From an uncultured Alphaproteobacteria bacterium (GTDB taxonomy: Bacteria; Pseudomonadota; Alphaproteobacteria; Rhodobacterales; Rhodobacteraceae), in NCBI GenBank assembly GCA_963815355.1, contig CAWFGJ010000004.1:39098-103097 (forward strand): a stretch of DNA of 64,000 nucleotides, written 5' to 3'. This document shows, in pieces, positions 40,861-51,449 of this stretch; the stretch's first letter is position 1; each line of letters starts with the position of its first letter. The translations under genes and the position numbers were made by a program. The notes under the pieces were generated by a model. That model was not told where the DNA came from. It ran no database searches and was given only the letters and a program-made list of their open reading frames with translations.

Positions 40861-41184
40861 ATGGCTTTAGACATGGATATCAACGCGCTTTCCCTCAAGG
40901 AACTCAAGGACCTTCAGGCTCAGATTTCTAAAGCTATTGCGAATTACGAAGACCGCAAGAAGCGGGAAGCCCTCGCAGAGCTTGAAGAAAAAGCACGTGA
41001 AATGGGTTTCTCGCTGGCCGAATTGACGGGCACTGCCGCTCCTGGCCGCAAGCGCGCACCGGCTGTCGCTAAATACGCCAATCCGGCAGATGCTTCGGAA
41101 ACGTGGTCGGGCCGCGGCCGCAAGCCGCGTTGGGTTGTTGCTGCGACCAATGCTGGCAAATCGCTGGCTGATCTCGCGATCTGA
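40861..41184 (+). CDS. H-NS family nucleoid protein, HvrA-like
   Basis: Coiled-coil N terminus and the C-terminal DNA-binding motif TWSGRGRKPRW. It occupies the position after regA, as hvrA does in Rhodobacter capsulatus. Confidence 0.75.
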   Translation: MALDMDINALSLKELKDLQAQISKAIANYEDRKKREALAELEEKAREMGFSLAELTGTAAPGRKRAPAVAKYANPADASETWSGRGRKPRWVVAATNAGKSLADLAI

Positions 41185-41200
41185 TCTGCGGGCCCCTGCT

Positions 41201-41797
41201 TTAGCGGCATTCTGCCAATAACGCTTCGTGCCGACGTACATAGTCGGCGCGAACCAATGCAGGCGGGCGCAGGTGAATTTCCAAGCCGTCCAAAACGCCA
41301 GATTCAGGCTTGCCAAACAAACGGTCGGCCTCACCTTCTGAAAATCCTGCGATTTTTACCGCCTCAAGCCAGGCGGAAATCTTGTCCGCGGCCTTTATCG
41401 CGCGTTTGACTTCAGCGGGCAGCACCGCAGGCAGGCCAAAGCGCAGATGCACCGCCGCCGTTAGCCGCAGATCCAATTCGCCATAACTTGGCCCAATCGC
41501 CGCTTTGACCGGGCTGATCATGTCACCAATTACATATTCCGGTGCGTCATGCAGCAAGGCAGCAAGGCGCCACTTGGCAGGTGCCGCGCCACGCCGCGCA
41601 AAGATCACCTCAACCAGCAGTGAATGCTCGGCAACCGAATAGGCGAACTCCCCGCGTGTCTGCCCGTTCCAGCGGGCAACAAAAGCCAAACCATGAGCGA
41701 TATCTTCGATTTCGATGTCCATTGGCGTCGGGTCCAGCAGGTCCAGCCTGCGCCCTGACAGCATCCTTTGCCACGCCCTTGGCTGTGCCTTTTTCAT
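41201..41797 (-). CDS. HD-domain phosphohydrolase (YfbR-like)
   Basis: HSLLV and LLHDAPEYVIGD supply the metal ligands. The ATG at 41797 is preceded by GGAGAG. Confidence 0.7.
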   Translation of the reverse strand: MKKAQPRAWQRMLSGRRLDLLDPTPMDIEIEDIAHGLAFVARWNGQTRGEFAYSVAEHSLLVEVIFARRGAAPAKWRLAALLHDAPEYVIGDMISPVKAAIGPSYGELDLRLTAAVHLRFGLPAVLPAEVKRAIKAADKISAWLEAVKIAGFSEGEADRLFGKPESGVLDGLEIHLRPPALVRADYVRRHEALLAECR

Positions 41798-41828
41798 TCC
41801 GCTCTCCGCATCTTCCGGCAAAGGTAGG

Positions 41829-42767
41829 TTAAAGCCTGACCTGCCATTCGTCCTTAAACCGGCTCAGGTTCCACACCAGCACCTTCTGCCGCTTGCCCTG
41901 CACGATCAAATCACTCACCAACCGCTTTAAAGAGATCAGTTGGTCCGGCCGCTCAACGGGAACAAGCGGCGGCGCCCCTGGCAGCAATGTCCGAAAGAAC
42001 ATGGCGTAGCTTTCCCTGAACCGCACATCATGGTGCCCCGCCGGGTCGTTCCACGGCTTATGACCCCCGATAAAGTGGCGCAGCCGCACTTTAAACTGGC
42101 GCGGCACAAACGGCGAAGACATGTTGCATTGCCAATTCCACGCCGCAGAAAGCTCGGCAAACGTGCCATAGAGCGCCAGGTTCAACAAAGACTGATCATG
42201 CAACGTAACCGCCTGCGGAGTCTCCCGATACGCGGCAATGCAGCGGTCATAAATCCGGTCGCGGTCATAGGCGTCCACATCCATCAGCAGCAGCCCGCTA
42301 TTCAGATAACGCACGGGCGGCAGATTGAGCGCCTTGAATTCCTCGGCGTGAAAGGTGGGGAACACAAAATTCATTGTATCACGCACTGCGGCAACCGGAT
42401 GATCCCCGATGTCCAAGCGCAAGAGCCGGTCAAGATCGCCGGATTCCATAAAGAAATCTGCATCCAAATAGAGGATGCGCCGATATTGCCCCAAAAGTAG
42501 CTTTGGCAAAGCCAACTTAAGATAAGTGCTGCGCGGCAGGCGACGGGTTGGCAGATCGTCCGGCAGCAACCCGGCGGGTGCCACAATGCGCCGCACATCG
42601 GATGCCCAAGCGGGCAGGTCCAGCGCCACCTCACTGCCAAGCAAGATGTCAAACTGGCGGTTCGGGCAATAGGTTTGAACTTGCCAGATCAAATGCAGCA
42701 CATAAGGCAGGTAGCGCGCGTCGCAGGTCAACAGCAAAGCGCAATCTGACTTTGGCCGCTCGTGCAT
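41829..42767 (-). CDS. Glycosyltransferase family 8 protein
   Basis: ILYLDADFF (DxD motif) and YLNSGLLLMDV are typical of the GT8 family. Confidence 0.7.
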   Translation of the reverse strand: MHERPKSDCALLLTCDARYLPYVLHLIWQVQTYCPNRQFDILLGSEVALDLPAWASDVRRIVAPAGLLPDDLPTRRLPRSTYLKLALPKLLLGQYRRILYLDADFFMESGDLDRLLRLDIGDHPVAAVRDTMNFVFPTFHAEEFKALNLPPVRYLNSGLLLMDVDAYDRDRIYDRCIAAYRETPQAVTLHDQSLLNLALYGTFAELSAAWNWQCNMSSPFVPRQFKVRLRHFIGGHKPWNDPAGHHDVRFRESYAMFFRTLLPGAPPLVPVERPDQLISLKRLVSDLIVQGKRQKVLVWNLSRFKDEWQVRL

Positions 42768-42887
42768 CAATACGCCCCACTATTCCGGCCAATTTCCGCG
42801 CCGGACGCGGCGTCAGAGCGCGGGCGATTGTCCCGACGGTCCGCAAATGCTATCTGCCACCCCAAATAGGATCAAGGAGCACGGCAG

Positions 42888-44279
42888 ATGCCGAAAGATT
42901 ATATCGTCAAAGACATTGCGCTGGCGGAATACGGTCGCAAAGAGCTCACCATTGCGGAAACAGAGATGCCCGGCCTGATGGCCTGCCGCGAAGAATTCGG
43001 CACGACCAAACCGCTGAAGGGCGCGCGCATCGTTGGCTCGCTTCATATGACCATCCAGACCGCCGCGTTGATTGAAACGCTGACGGCTTTGGGTGCGGAT
43101 GTGCGCTGGGCATCGTGCAACATCTTCTCAACCCAAGATCACGCGGCCGCCGCCATCGCGGCAGGCGGCACCCCGGTGTTTGCTGTCAAAGGCCAAACGC
43201 TTGTGGAGCATTGGGATTATCTGGACCGCTCGTTCCAGTTCCCCGAGGGTGCCAACATGATCCTCGACGACGGCGGGGATGCAACCCTTTACGTCCTTCT
43301 TGGTGCGCGGGTTGAGGCGGGCGAAACCGGCTTGATCGAAGTGCCGACCTCTGAAGAAGAAGAGGCGATTTTCGCCCAGATCAAAAAGCGCATGGCACAA
43401 TCCCCGGGTTGGTTCACCAAGACCCGCGCTGACATCAAGGGTGTGTCCGAAGAAACCACGACTGGTGTGCACCGTCTTTATGACCTGCACAAAAAGGGCC
43501 AACTGCCGTTCCCGGCAATTAACGTGAACGACAGCGTCACCAAGTCGAAATTCGACAACAAATACGGCTGCAAGGAATCGCTGGTCGACGGCATCCGTCG
43601 CGCCACCGATACCATGATGGCGGGCAAGGTTGCCGTGGTTTGCGGCTATGGCGATGTGGGCAAAGGCTCGGCTGCTTCCTTGCGCGGCGCTGGTGCGCGC
43701 GTAAAGGTGACCGAGGTTGACCCGATCTGTGCGCTGCAGGCGGCGATGGACGGCTTTGAAGTCACCCTGCTGGAAGACGAAGTCGCCAGCGCCGACATCT
43801 TCATCACCACCACCGGCAACAAGGACGTGATCCGCATCGAGCATATCCGCGAGATGAAGGACATGGCGATCGTCGGCAACATCGGCCACTTTGACAACGA
43901 AATTCAGGTCGCATCGCTTCGCAACCATAAATGGACCAACATCAAAGAACAGGTGGACATGATCGAGATGCCCTCGGGCAATCGGATCATTCTGCTGTCT
44001 GAAGGCCGCTTGCTGAACCTTGGCAACGCCACGGGCCATCCGTCCTTTGTGATGTCGGCCTCGTTCACCAATCAGGTGCTTGCGCAGATCGAACTGTGGA
44101 GCAAGGGCGAAGACTATGCTCCTGGCGTCTACATCCTGCCGAAAGAACTGGATGAGAAAGTCGCGCGCCTGCATCTCAAGAAAATCGGCGTCAAACTGAC
44201 CGAACTGCGCAAGGATCAGGCCGATTACATCGGTGTGAAAGTCGCGGGTCCGTTCAAGCCCGAACACTACCGCTACTGA
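42888..44279 (+). CDS. ahcY: Adenosylhomocysteinase
   Basis: Full-length AhcY with NAD motif [11 protein letters not shown] and C-terminal tail KPEHYRY. AAGGAG precedes the ATG. Confidence 0.97.
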   Translation: MPKDYIVKDIALAEYGRKELTIAETEMPGLMACREEFGTTKPLKGARIVGSLHMTIQTAALIETLTALGADVRWASCNIFSTQDHAAAAIAAGGTPVFAVKGQTLVEHWDYLDRSFQFPEGANMILDDGGDATLYVLLGARVEAGETGLIEVPTSEEEEAIFAQIKKRMAQSPGWFTKTRADIKGVSEETTTGVHRLYDLHKKGQLPFPAINVNDSVTKSKFDNKYGCKESLVDGIRRATDTMMAGKVAVVCGYGDVGKGSAASLRGAGARVKVTEVDPICALQAAMDGFEVTLLEDEVASADIFITTTGNKDVIRIEHIREMKDMAIVGNIGHFDNEIQVASLRNHKWTNIKEQVDMIEMPSGNRIILLSEGRLLNLGNATGHPSFVMSASFTNQVLAQIELWSKGEDYAPGVYILPKELDEKVARLHLKKIGVKLTELRKDQADYIGVKVAGPFKPEHYRY

Positions 44280-44300
44280 CTCTTTCGAATTGCGGACAAA

Positions 44301-44332
44301 GGCCCGGCCATTGCGCCGGGCCTTTTGTTTTT
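44301..44332 (+). terminator. Intrinsic terminator after ahcY
   Basis: GGCCCGGC-cattgc-GCCGGGCC followed by TTTTGTTTTT. Confidence 0.85.
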
Positions 44333-44444
44333 CCGCCGAGGGGGAAGTCTGGCCGACAATTCCCTTTGTGCTTACCGCCCTATCGCCTAAACTTCCCTGA
44401 CATTGCCACCGGCGAGGCCGGCGTTTTAATAGTGGGGACAGATA

Positions 44445-44786
44445 ATGGGCAAGAGAGACGACTTGATTGCGAAATACGCGGAAGACCTTAAGACCAAGTG
44501 CAAGGTCACACCAGATATGGCGCTTCTGACCAAAGTAACGATCGGTTGCGGTCCGGCAATTTATGACAACGACGCGCAGACGGTATCTGGCAGCGACGCT
44601 TCGGAACTGGAAACGGTGAAGAAGAATTTCCTGATCAAGAAGCTTGGCCTGTCCGACGGCCCCAAGCTGGACGAGGCGATTGCCGCCGTCATCGACACCT
44701 ACGGCAAGTCCGAGCGCAACAAGTACCGCGCGGTATTTTACTACCTGCTGGTCAAACATTTCGGCAAAGAGTCCGTTTACGCCTGA
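44445..44786 (+). CDS. DUF2853 family protein
   Basis: 113 aa. KRDDLIAKYAEDLKTKCKVTPDMALLTKVTIGCGPAIY matches my recollection of DUF2853 proteins. Confidence 0.65.
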   Translation: MGKRDDLIAKYAEDLKTKCKVTPDMALLTKVTIGCGPAIYDNDAQTVSGSDASELETVKKNFLIKKLGLSDGPKLDEAIAAVIDTYGKSERNKYRAVFYYLLVKHFGKESVYA

Positions 44787-44837
44787 TCCGCGACGCTTTC
44801 TGGCCCTACCAATTTGGCCAGGGTGATTGCCATTTCC

Positions 44838-44867
44838 TGAAAGCCGCGCGATGCTGCGCGGCTTTCA
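44838..44867 (+). terminator. Hairpin terminator after the DUF2853 gene
   Basis: A perfect 12-bp stem, TGAAAGCCGCGC-gatgct-GCGCGGCTTTCA, followed by gcTTTTa. Confidence 0.6.
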
Positions 44868-44882
44868 GCTTTTAGGCATTCC

Positions 44883-46076
44883 ATGACCAATCATTCCCCA
44901 AACGCGCAGTCAGTCGAATCCACGGTGCTGCCTGTTATTCTCGCCGTCTCTCTTGGGCACCTGCTTAACGACGTGATGCAGTCGCTTATTCCGGCGGCCT
45001 ATCCTTTGCTGAAGGATAATCTTGCGCTGAACTTCGCGCAGATCGGCATGATAACACTGGTTTTTCAGGGCACTGCTTCGATCCTGCAGCCGCTGATCGG
45101 GTTTTATACTGATCGCAGGCCGCTGCCCTATGCGCTGGCGGCGGGTATGGCCTCTACCGGCTTCGGGCTGGTGATGTTGGCCCATGCGCAGGTCTACGGG
45201 ATGGTTTTGCTGTCGGTCGCGTTGATCGGTCTGGGTTCCGCAATTTTCCACCCCGAGGCGTCCCGTATCGCCCGGCTTGCGGCGGGGATGCGGCCGGGCA
45301 TGGCCCAATCGCTGTTTCAACTCGGCGGCAATTTCGGCACAGCCCTTGGCCCCTTGGCGGCGGCCTTTGTCGTGATGCGCCGCGGCCAAGTGTCGATCGA
45401 ATGGTTTGCCGGGGTGGCGATGCTGGGGATGGTGCTGCTTTGGGGCGTCGGGCGCTGGTACACCGTCGCCGGGGCTGACCGCGCCCTGGCCCGTCGCAGC
45501 CGCGCACGCTCCGCCCAATCCCTCCCGCAACAGTTGGTTCGGCTGGGGATGTTTCTGGTGATCCTTCTGATGATCTCCAAGTTCGTCTATACGGTCTCCA
45601 TCTCCAACTATTACACGTTCTACCTGATAGAGCGCTTTGGCCTTTCGGTAGGCGAATCGCAGGTATGCCTGTTTATTTTCCTTGCAGCGGTGGCGGCTGG
45701 AACCATCGTTGGTGGCCCGATTGGTGACAAGATCGGCCGACGCCGGGTGATCTTGTGGTCTGTGCTTGGCGTCTTGCCGCTGACGCTTGCGGTGCCTTAC
45801 CTGCCGCTGGTTCCCAATGTGCTTTGCGCCGCACTTGCGGGGATGATCATGGCTTCGGCTTTTCCGGCAATGGTCGTCTACGCTCAGGATTTGATGCCGC
45901 AACATACGGGCATGGTGGCCGGTCTGCTCTTTGGTCTGGCCTTCGGCATCGCGGCCATTGGGGCGGCCAGCCTTGGCGCGCTGGCGGATGCTTGGGGCAT
46001 TGCCGCGGTCTACAAGATTTGCGCATTCTTGCCGCTTCTGGGGGTCGCTGGCTTCTTCTTGCCCGACCCACGCTGA
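44883..46076 (+). CDS. MFS transporter, Fsr (fosmidomycin-resistance) like
   Basis: Twelve-TM MFS protein. The N-terminal LGHLLNDVMQSLIPAAYPLL and GFYTDRRP motifs are typical of the Fsr subfamily. Confidence 0.72.
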   Translation: MTNHSPNAQSVESTVLPVILAVSLGHLLNDVMQSLIPAAYPLLKDNLALNFAQIGMITLVFQGTASILQPLIGFYTDRRPLPYALAAGMASTGFGLVMLAHAQVYGMVLLSVALIGLGSAIFHPEASRIARLAAGMRPGMAQSLFQLGGNFGTALGPLAAAFVVMRRGQVSIEWFAGVAMLGMVLLWGVGRWYTVAGADRALARRSRARSAQSLPQQLVRLGMFLVILLMISKFVYTVSISNYYTFYLIERFGLSVGESQVCLFIFLAAVAAGTIVGGPIGDKIGRRRVILWSVLGVLPLTLAVPYLPLVPNVLCAALAGMIMASAFPAMVVYAQDLMPQHTGMVAGLLFGLAFGIAAIGAASLGALADAWGIAAVYKICAFLPLLGVAGFFLPDPR

Positions 46077-46210
46077 TCTTTCGCATTCGCCTTAAATCCT
46101 TGGCGCTTGGTCTTTGTGCGACTCAGCGTGAGCGCGTATGACTGTAGGTCAGGGCAGTAGGCCCGGAACCTTTCATACACGTGCGGTGCTTGGGGAGCGC
46201 GTGGGGTGGT

Positions 46211-46249
46211 GGAGGGTTCCGTAGGGGTGCGGAGCCCTCCATTTTTATT
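46211..46249 (+). terminator. Hairpin plus T-run in the MFS/DUF1761 intergenic region
   Basis: GGAGGGttc...gaGCCCTCC followed by ATTTTTATT. It lies 135 nt after the MFS stop, so it could also end a small transcript. Confidence 0.45.
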
Positions 46250-46644
46250 CAAAACAGCGTCAAGATAATCCCCATGATGGTGCAACCCACCACGGCGTTC
46301 ACGCCATCAAGGGCCGCCAAAGCCGGCTTTCGCGCCGCAAAGGCATAGTTCATCGTCACCCAAGGCGTGATCAGAAACGCCCCGATACCCGCGCCGCCCA
46401 TGATGCCCTCCAGCACACTGTTCAGCCCGGACATCTGAAAGATGTGGCGCATCATCCCGGCGACCACCAACTGTGCAACAAAGCCCACGACGAACGGCGC
46501 TGGACTTCCGTTGCCCATGGGCTTGCCCTTAGCATCCACGGGTATCTCGGCCGCCGCGATCCACGATTTCGCAATCGACATATACCAAACGGCACCAAAG
46601 GCATAAGCGCCCAGCGCCGCCACCAGCACATTCAGATATTCCAT
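46249..46644 (-). CDS. DUF1761 family membrane protein
   Basis: 131 aa with four TM helices. GGGAGG precedes the ATG. The family assignment is from memory of the N-terminal pattern. Confidence 0.55.
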   Translation of the reverse strand: MEYLNVLVAALGAYAFGAVWYMSIAKSWIAAAEIPVDAKGKPMGNGSPAPFVVGFVAQLVVAGMMRHIFQMSGLNSVLEGIMGGAGIGAFLITPWVTMNYAFAARKPALAALDGVNAVVGCTIMGIILTLF

Positions 46645-46701
46645 GCGTACCTCCCTGTTTCCCAGCCCATCATGCCGCGAAATCGAGCCGCTGCGAAGAG
46701 G

Positions 46702-47121
46702 TCAGGGTGCGACGCCGCCCATCTCGCACACGATCCGCCATTCTTCCTGCGTGACAGGCTGCACCGAAAGACGAGAGTTGTTCACCAACACCATCGCCTC
46801 AAGCCCCGGCTGCACCTTGCAGGCATCCAATGTGACCGGGCGTGCAAAGGGCCGGACCGCCCGAATATGCACGCAATCCCAACGCGGATCATCGGTGGTG
46901 CTGTCCGGCGCAGACTCGGCGCAGACTTCAACAATACCAACCACAGCCTTGCCGATGTTGGAGTGGTAGTAGAACCCAAGGTCGCCAACCTTCATTGCCC
47001 GCATGTTGTTGCGGGCCTGATAGTTGCGCACGCCGTGCCACTCTTCGCCAACGGCACCCTTGGCCACCTGTTGATCCCAGCTCCAAGTGTCGGGCTCAGA
47101 CTTGAACAGCCAATAGGTCAT
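46702..47121 (-). CDS. EVE (PUA-like) domain protein
   Basis: MTYWLFKSEPDTWSWDQQ...GVRNYQARNNMRAMKVGD is the EVE domain signature. The ATG overlaps the stop of the upstream YciI-like gene. Confidence 0.72.
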   Translation of the reverse strand: MTYWLFKSEPDTWSWDQQVAKGAVGEEWHGVRNYQARNNMRAMKVGDLGFYYHSNIGKAVVGIVEVCAESAPDSTTDDPRWDCVHIRAVRPFARPVTLDACKVQPGLEAMVLVNNSRLSVQPVTQEEWRIVCEMGGVAP

Positions 47122-47390
47122 CCGACCACCTTTTTCCATTCGCTGATGGTCACGCTCTCAAACAGCCCGGCTTTCGCATAGGGATCGGTCGCGGCCCAGT
47201 CCTGCGCGTCTTGCAACGTAGCGACATTCAGCACCACCAGACTGCCCGTCATCGCACCCGCTTCATTCAGAAACGGCCCCGCCATTTCCACAACGCCCGA
47301 GGCGTCAATATGCGCCAGATGGGCTGCGCGATTGTCCACGCGGGTTTGCAGGGCACCGGGCTTATCCCGGCAGATCAAGGCTACACGCAT
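47118..47390 (-). CDS. YciI family protein
   Basis: 90 aa with a YciI-like pattern (RAAHLAHI...GPF...DPY). Confidence 0.68.
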   Translation of the reverse strand: MRVALICRDKPGALQTRVDNRAAHLAHIDASGVVEMAGPFLNEAGAMTGSLVVLNVATLQDAQDWAATDPYAKAGLFESVTISEWKKVVG

Positions 47391-47393
47391 CGT

Positions 47394-48353
47394 TTACTCC
47401 TGTTTCAAAGGGCGAGAGAGCAGCGCCTGAATGGCCTGCGAAAGTCCGGTTTCACCCGCAATCAGCGCCGCAACCATTCGGGTGATCGGCATGTCGATTT
47501 CAAGCCTTTTGGCCAAATTAGAGACTGCTTTTGCGGTCGCAGCCCCTTCTACCGTCACGCTCGGGTCAAAATCGCCGCCTGCACCAAGTGCCAGCCCAAA
47601 ACGAAAATTCCGCGACTGAGGCGAGGTGCAAGTCAACACAAGATCCCCAAACCCAGAAAGCCCTGCCAATGTCTCGGCCCGCGCCCCGAGGGCTTCGGCC
47701 AACCGGACCATCTCGGCATAGCCGCGGGTCATCAAGGCGGCCCGCGCCGAATCCCCCAGGCCAGCACCCATCACCACACCCGCTGCAATCGCGATGACGT
47801 TCTTAAGCGCTCCGCCCAACTCGGCCCCCACCACATCGCTGGATCGGTAAAGCCGCAACGTCGGGGTCGAGAGAAGGTGCTGCAACGCCTCCGCCTCCGG
47901 GGCAGCACAGGCCAGCGTCAGCGCCGTGGGCAGGCCGCGTGCGATATCGGCGGCAAAGCTTGGCCCGGTCAGCACCGCTACAGCCGAGTTCGGGCAACCA
48001 TCTGCGATCACCTGACTGGGCCCGGCCAGCGTGGCAAGATCAACCCCCTTGCAGCACGCCACCAAGGGCACCCCGTTCAGCAACGCCCCATGCCCTGCCA
48101 AAAACGCCCGAATCTGCTGCGTTGGAAGCGCTAACAACACCACTTCCGCGCCCGCCAGATCTTGCATTTCGGCGGTATTTGTCACGTTTTGTGGCAGCTC
48201 GATGCCGGGAAGCCGCGTCTCATTGCGCCGCGTCGCCTGACGGGTCACAGCCTGCACCGGATCGCGGCTCCACAGCCGCACCTCATGGCCTTCTCGCGCC
48301 AAAACCACGGACAAGGCAGTGCCAAAAGCACCTGCGCCGACAATGCCGATCAT
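47394..48353 (-). CDS. gpsA: NAD(P)H-dependent glycerol-3-phosphate dehydrogenase
   Basis: [10 protein letters not shown] Rossmann motif and a GpsA C-terminal domain. The ATG overlaps the tsaD stop. Confidence 0.92.
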   Translation of the reverse strand: MIGIVGAGAFGTALSVVLAREGHEVRLWSRDPVQAVTRQATRRNETRLPGIELPQNVTNTAEMQDLAGAEVVLLALPTQQIRAFLAGHGALLNGVPLVACCKGVDLATLAGPSQVIADGCPNSAVAVLTGPSFAADIARGLPTALTLACAAPEAEALQHLLSTPTLRLYRSSDVVGAELGGALKNVIAIAAGVVMGAGLGDSARAALMTRGYAEMVRLAEALGARAETLAGLSGFGDLVLTCTSPQSRNFRFGLALGAGGDFDPSVTVEGAATAKAVSNLAKRLEIDMPITRMVAALIAGETGLSQAIQALLSRPLKQE

Positions 48354-49447
48354 CCCTTGGCCCCCTTTTTGCCAGAACCGATCAGCGCGGGCGCAGTCTT
48401 GTCCAGCGGCCAGCGCGGGCGGGCCACCAGTGTTGCATCATCGCGCCCGCCCTGCCGAAACCGCTCTATCCCGGCCCAAGCGATCATGGCGGCATTATCG
48501 GTGCAAAGACGCAAAGGCGGCGCAAGGAACGCAGTCCCGCTTTCCGCGCAAACAGTCTCTAACATGGCCCGAATAACGCCATTTGCGGCCACGCCCCCCG
48601 CCACGGCAAAGGCTGGGCGGGCAGGGTTCAACTCTTCATACACCCGCAGGGCACGACGGGTCTTTTCGGCCAGAACAGCCGCGACGGCTTCCTGAAACCC
48701 GGCGCAAAGATCTCGTCGATCCTGCACTGAAAGGCCGCCCTGATCCGCGATCAACGCATCGCGGGCCCGCAAAAGTGCGGTTTTCAGACCCGAAAAGCTC
48801 ATATCGCAGCCGGGCCGATCCAGCAGTGGACGCGGAAACTTGAATCGCGTGGCGTCCCCAAGCCGCGCTTCGGTCTCAACCATCGGTCCGCCGGGTTGCG
48901 GCAGGCCCAAAAGCTTTGCGGTTTTGTCAAAGGCTTCGCCGGGGGCGTCGTCGATGGTGCCACCCAAGCGGCGGAAATCTTCTGGCCCCTCGGCGATCAG
49001 AAACTGGCAGTGCCCTCCAGAGACCAGCAGCATAAGATAGGGAAAGGGCAGATCGTCGGTCAGCCGCGGCGTCAGCGCATGGCCCGCCAGATGGTTTACC
49101 CCCACCATCGGCAAACCCGTCGCCGCCGCCAACCCCTTGGCAAGCATGACGCCAGACAGCACCCCGCCGATCAACCCCGGCCCCGCAGTCACCGCAATTC
49201 CGTCCAACATCTGCAAGCTAACGCCTGCTTCTGCCAGCGCCGCCTCAACACAATGATCCAGCCGCTCGGCGTGGGCGCGCGCTGCGATTTCCGGCACAAC
49301 ACCGCCAAAAGCCGCATGAAGCGCAACTTGCCCCTCAACCACCGAAGACAGGATTTCCGGCGCCAGCCCAGCGCGATGCCGCACCACCGCCGCGGCGGTA
49401 TCATCGCAGCTCGATTCAATGCCAAGGAAGGTCAGGTCGCTGTTCAT
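48350..49447 (-). CDS. tsaD: tRNA N6-adenosine threonylcarbamoyltransferase TsaD
   Basis: From the ATG at 49447 the product reads [22 protein letters not shown], a canonical TsaD N terminus, and is 365 aa. The 248-codon upstream extension in the track is Arg/Gly-rich junk antisense to hemD. Confidence 0.95.
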   Translation of the reverse strand: MNSDLTFLGIESSCDDTAAAVVRHRAGLAPEILSSVVEGQVALHAAFGGVVPEIAARAHAERLDHCVEAALAEAGVSLQMLDGIAVTAGPGLIGGVLSGVMLAKGLAAATGLPMVGVNHLAGHALTPRLTDDLPFPYLMLLVSGGHCQFLIAEGPEDFRRLGGTIDDAPGEAFDKTAKLLGLPQPGGPMVETEARLGDATRFKFPRPLLDRPGCDMSFSGLKTALLRARDALIADQGGLSVQDRRDLCAGFQEAVAAVLAEKTRRALRVYEELNPARPAFAVAGGVAANGVIRAMLETVCAESGTAFLAPPLRLCTDNAAMIAWAGIERFRQGGRDDATLVARPRWPLDKTAPALIGSGKKGAKG

Positions 49448-49492
49448 CGCTTTCCGTTGCCTGTGGGTCCAACCGGAGGTAACACCAAGCCT

Positions 49493-50221
49493 ATGGTCAG
49501 ACAATCCCACGCCCCCCTTCTCTTGCTGACCCGACCGGCCTTGCAGGCGGAACGGTTCGCCGCCGAAGTGACCGCGGCGCTTGGCCCCCTTCGGATTGTC
49601 ATCTCGCCCTTGCTTGCCCCGCAGTTCCACGCGCCACCGATTCCTGACCGCCCGTTTCGCGCGCTGATTCTGGCGTCTGAGACTGCCGTGGCCGCGAGCA
49701 AGCGGATTTCCGCCCCCCTTCCGCGCCTTGCCTATACGGTGGGTGACCGCACCGCCGCCGCCGCGCGCGAGGCCGGTTTTTTGACCGTTTCCGCCAATGG
49801 TGACGCCGCGGCCCTGGTCGCGCTGATCCTTGCCCAAAATGAGTGCGGCCCACTGCTTCATTTGCGGGGCAAGGAAAGCCGGGGGGACATAGCCAAAACT
49901 CTGACTTCCGCAGGAATAGAGACTGTTTCTGCCGTTCTTTACACCCAAATACCGCAACCGTTGACCCCTGAGGCGCAACAGGTTCTGACCGGAACTACAC
50001 CGGTTTTGCTGCCGCTTTTTTCGGTCAATAGTGCGCTTGAACTGCTTCACGCACTTCCTAAAGCACCCCATGCCCCCCTTTGGATTGCCGCGATCAGCCC
50101 GGCCGTCGCGGCAGTCCTGCCCCCGGATCTGCCGCAAAGGCTGGCGGTTGCGGCGCATCCCGATGCCCAATCCATGATCAAAACGCTGCAACGCTTAAGC
50201 GCCGCAGGGGCTTTACCTTGA
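49493..50221 (+). CDS. hemD: Uroporphyrinogen-III synthase
   Basis: 242 aa from the ATG at 49493, with GGAGG upstream. The HemD-like two-lobe pattern (LLLTRP...; LLHLRG...; LLPLFS) is present. The gene is followed by Mic60-like and hemY-like genes, as in other alphaproteobacteria. Confidence 0.68.
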   Translation: MVRQSHAPLLLLTRPALQAERFAAEVTAALGPLRIVISPLLAPQFHAPPIPDRPFRALILASETAVAASKRISAPLPRLAYTVGDRTAAAAREAGFLTVSANGDAAALVALILAQNECGPLLHLRGKESRGDIAKTLTSAGIETVSAVLYTQIPQPLTPEAQQVLTGTTPVLLPLFSVNSALELLHALPKAPHAPLWIAAISPAVAAVLPPDLPQRLAVAAHPDAQSMIKTLQRLSAAGALP

Positions 50222-50275
50222 ACCCAAGGGGGGCATGCCATTACTTTAGAGGCAGACAAAAAAGGGAGATCGGCA

Positions 50276-51439
50276 ATGGTGGATGTGCGGGACGAGGCGA
50301 CAGCAGGCACGGAAATCCCGGCGGCAGAACCAGTCACGGCCGACCCCGATCAACCAGAGGCCACCGCGTTGAAAGAGCCGCCGCGTAAGTCACTGCCACG
50401 CGAAGAGACCCTCCCCAAACAACCCAACCCGCCGGCGCCTGCCAAACGCTCGACCCCTTGGGGCGGCTTGGTCGGTGGGGTGCTTGCGGCTGGCATTGGC
50501 TACGGCGTTGCGCAGGTGGTCCCCAATGGCTGGCCGATCCAGGACACTGCGGCGATTGAGGCGCAACTGGCCGCGCAAGCGAAAGAGATTGCCGCGCTTA
50601 AAGCCGATCTGGCAGGCCTTCCCGCCGTCGACCCCAGCTTTGGGGATCGCATCGCGGCGCTGGAATCGGCACCCTTACCGCCCGACGCCGATCTGTCACC
50701 GCTCACTGGCCAACTGGCGGCGATCGACACCCGGCTTGCCGCGATTGAATCGTTGCCGATGGATGGGTCCGCCGCATCCCCTGCCGCACTTGCCGCGCAG
50801 GCCGAAGCATTGCGTGCGCTGCAGCAAGAGGTGCAGGCGCTAAAGGCCAGCCCTGGATCGGGCGATGCAGGATTGCTTGCTGATGAGGCCGAGGCCCGCC
50901 TGAAAGAGGCCGAGGCCCAAGCGCTCGCCCTCAAGACCGAGGCCGAGGCCATCGCCAAGGCCGCGACCTCGCGCGCGGCACTTGGCCGGATGCAAGCAGC
51001 ACTCGACAGCGGCTTGCCCTATGGCGCGGCTCTTGACCAGATCGGCGTCGAGGTGCCCGCTGTGCTGAAAGACCATGCCGCAGCCGGCCTGCCCACCCTC
51101 GGCGCGCTTCAAAGCGCCTTTCCGGATGCCGCGCGTGCTGCACTTGATGCCGCCTTGCGGGCCAATATGGGGGAAAGCTGGACCGAGCGGGTCGGCAGTT
51201 TCCTACGCACACAAACCGGCGTGCGCTCGCTCACCCCAAGGGAAGGGGCCGACCCCGACGCGGTTCTGTCGCGCGCCTCTGCCGCGGTGGACGCGGGCGA
51301 CCTGCCCACCGCCCTGACCGAGATCGCGGCCCTGCCAGAGGTCGCGCAGACCGAGTTGGCCGCGTGGCGCGCGCTTGCCGAACAACGCTTGGCCGGAGCC
51401 GCAGCAATTGCGGACCTTGCCTCCACCATTTCGCAATAA
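50276..51439 (+). CDS. Alphaproteobacterial Mic60 (mitofilin-domain) homologue
   Basis: Pro-rich N terminus, one TM helix (GGLVGGVLAAGIGYGVAQV), a long Ala/Glu/Leu coiled coil and a C-terminal mitofilin-like segment (DAVLSRASAAVDAGDLPTALTEIAALP). It sits between hemD and the hemY-like gene. Confidence 0.65.
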   Translation: MVDVRDEATAGTEIPAAEPVTADPDQPEATALKEPPRKSLPREETLPKQPNPPAPAKRSTPWGGLVGGVLAAGIGYGVAQVVPNGWPIQDTAAIEAQLAAQAKEIAALKADLAGLPAVDPSFGDRIAALESAPLPPDADLSPLTGQLAAIDTRLAAIESLPMDGSAASPAALAAQAEALRALQQEVQALKASPGSGDAGLLADEAEARLKEAEAQALALKTEAEAIAKAATSRAALGRMQAALDSGLPYGAALDQIGVEVPAVLKDHAAAGLPTLGALQSAFPDAARAALDAALRANMGESWTERVGSFLRTQTGVRSLTPREGADPDAVLSRASAAVDAGDLPTALTEIAALPEVAQTELAAWRALAEQRLAGAAAIADLASTISQ

Positions 51440-51449
51440 GGGGGCGGCG

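Noticed and set aside
42771-42887. SAH riboswitch upstream of ahcY
   Set aside because: I looked for the conserved AGGAGCGCUGC...GGCGCUC core of the SAH element and did not find it. The leader is short and shows no obvious pseudoknot-forming segments.
43128-44759. 543-aa minus-strand ORF covering ahcY and the DUF2853 gene
   Set aside because: It is antisense to the highly conserved ahcY and runs through a strong plus-strand terminator. Composition is low-complexity and no start context is present.
49448-50191. 248-codon N-terminal extension of the tsaD ORF (613 aa in the track)
   Set aside because: The extension is Arg/Gly/Lys-rich junk antisense to hemD. The canonical TsaD N terminus ([16 protein letters not shown]) begins at the internal ATG at 49447.
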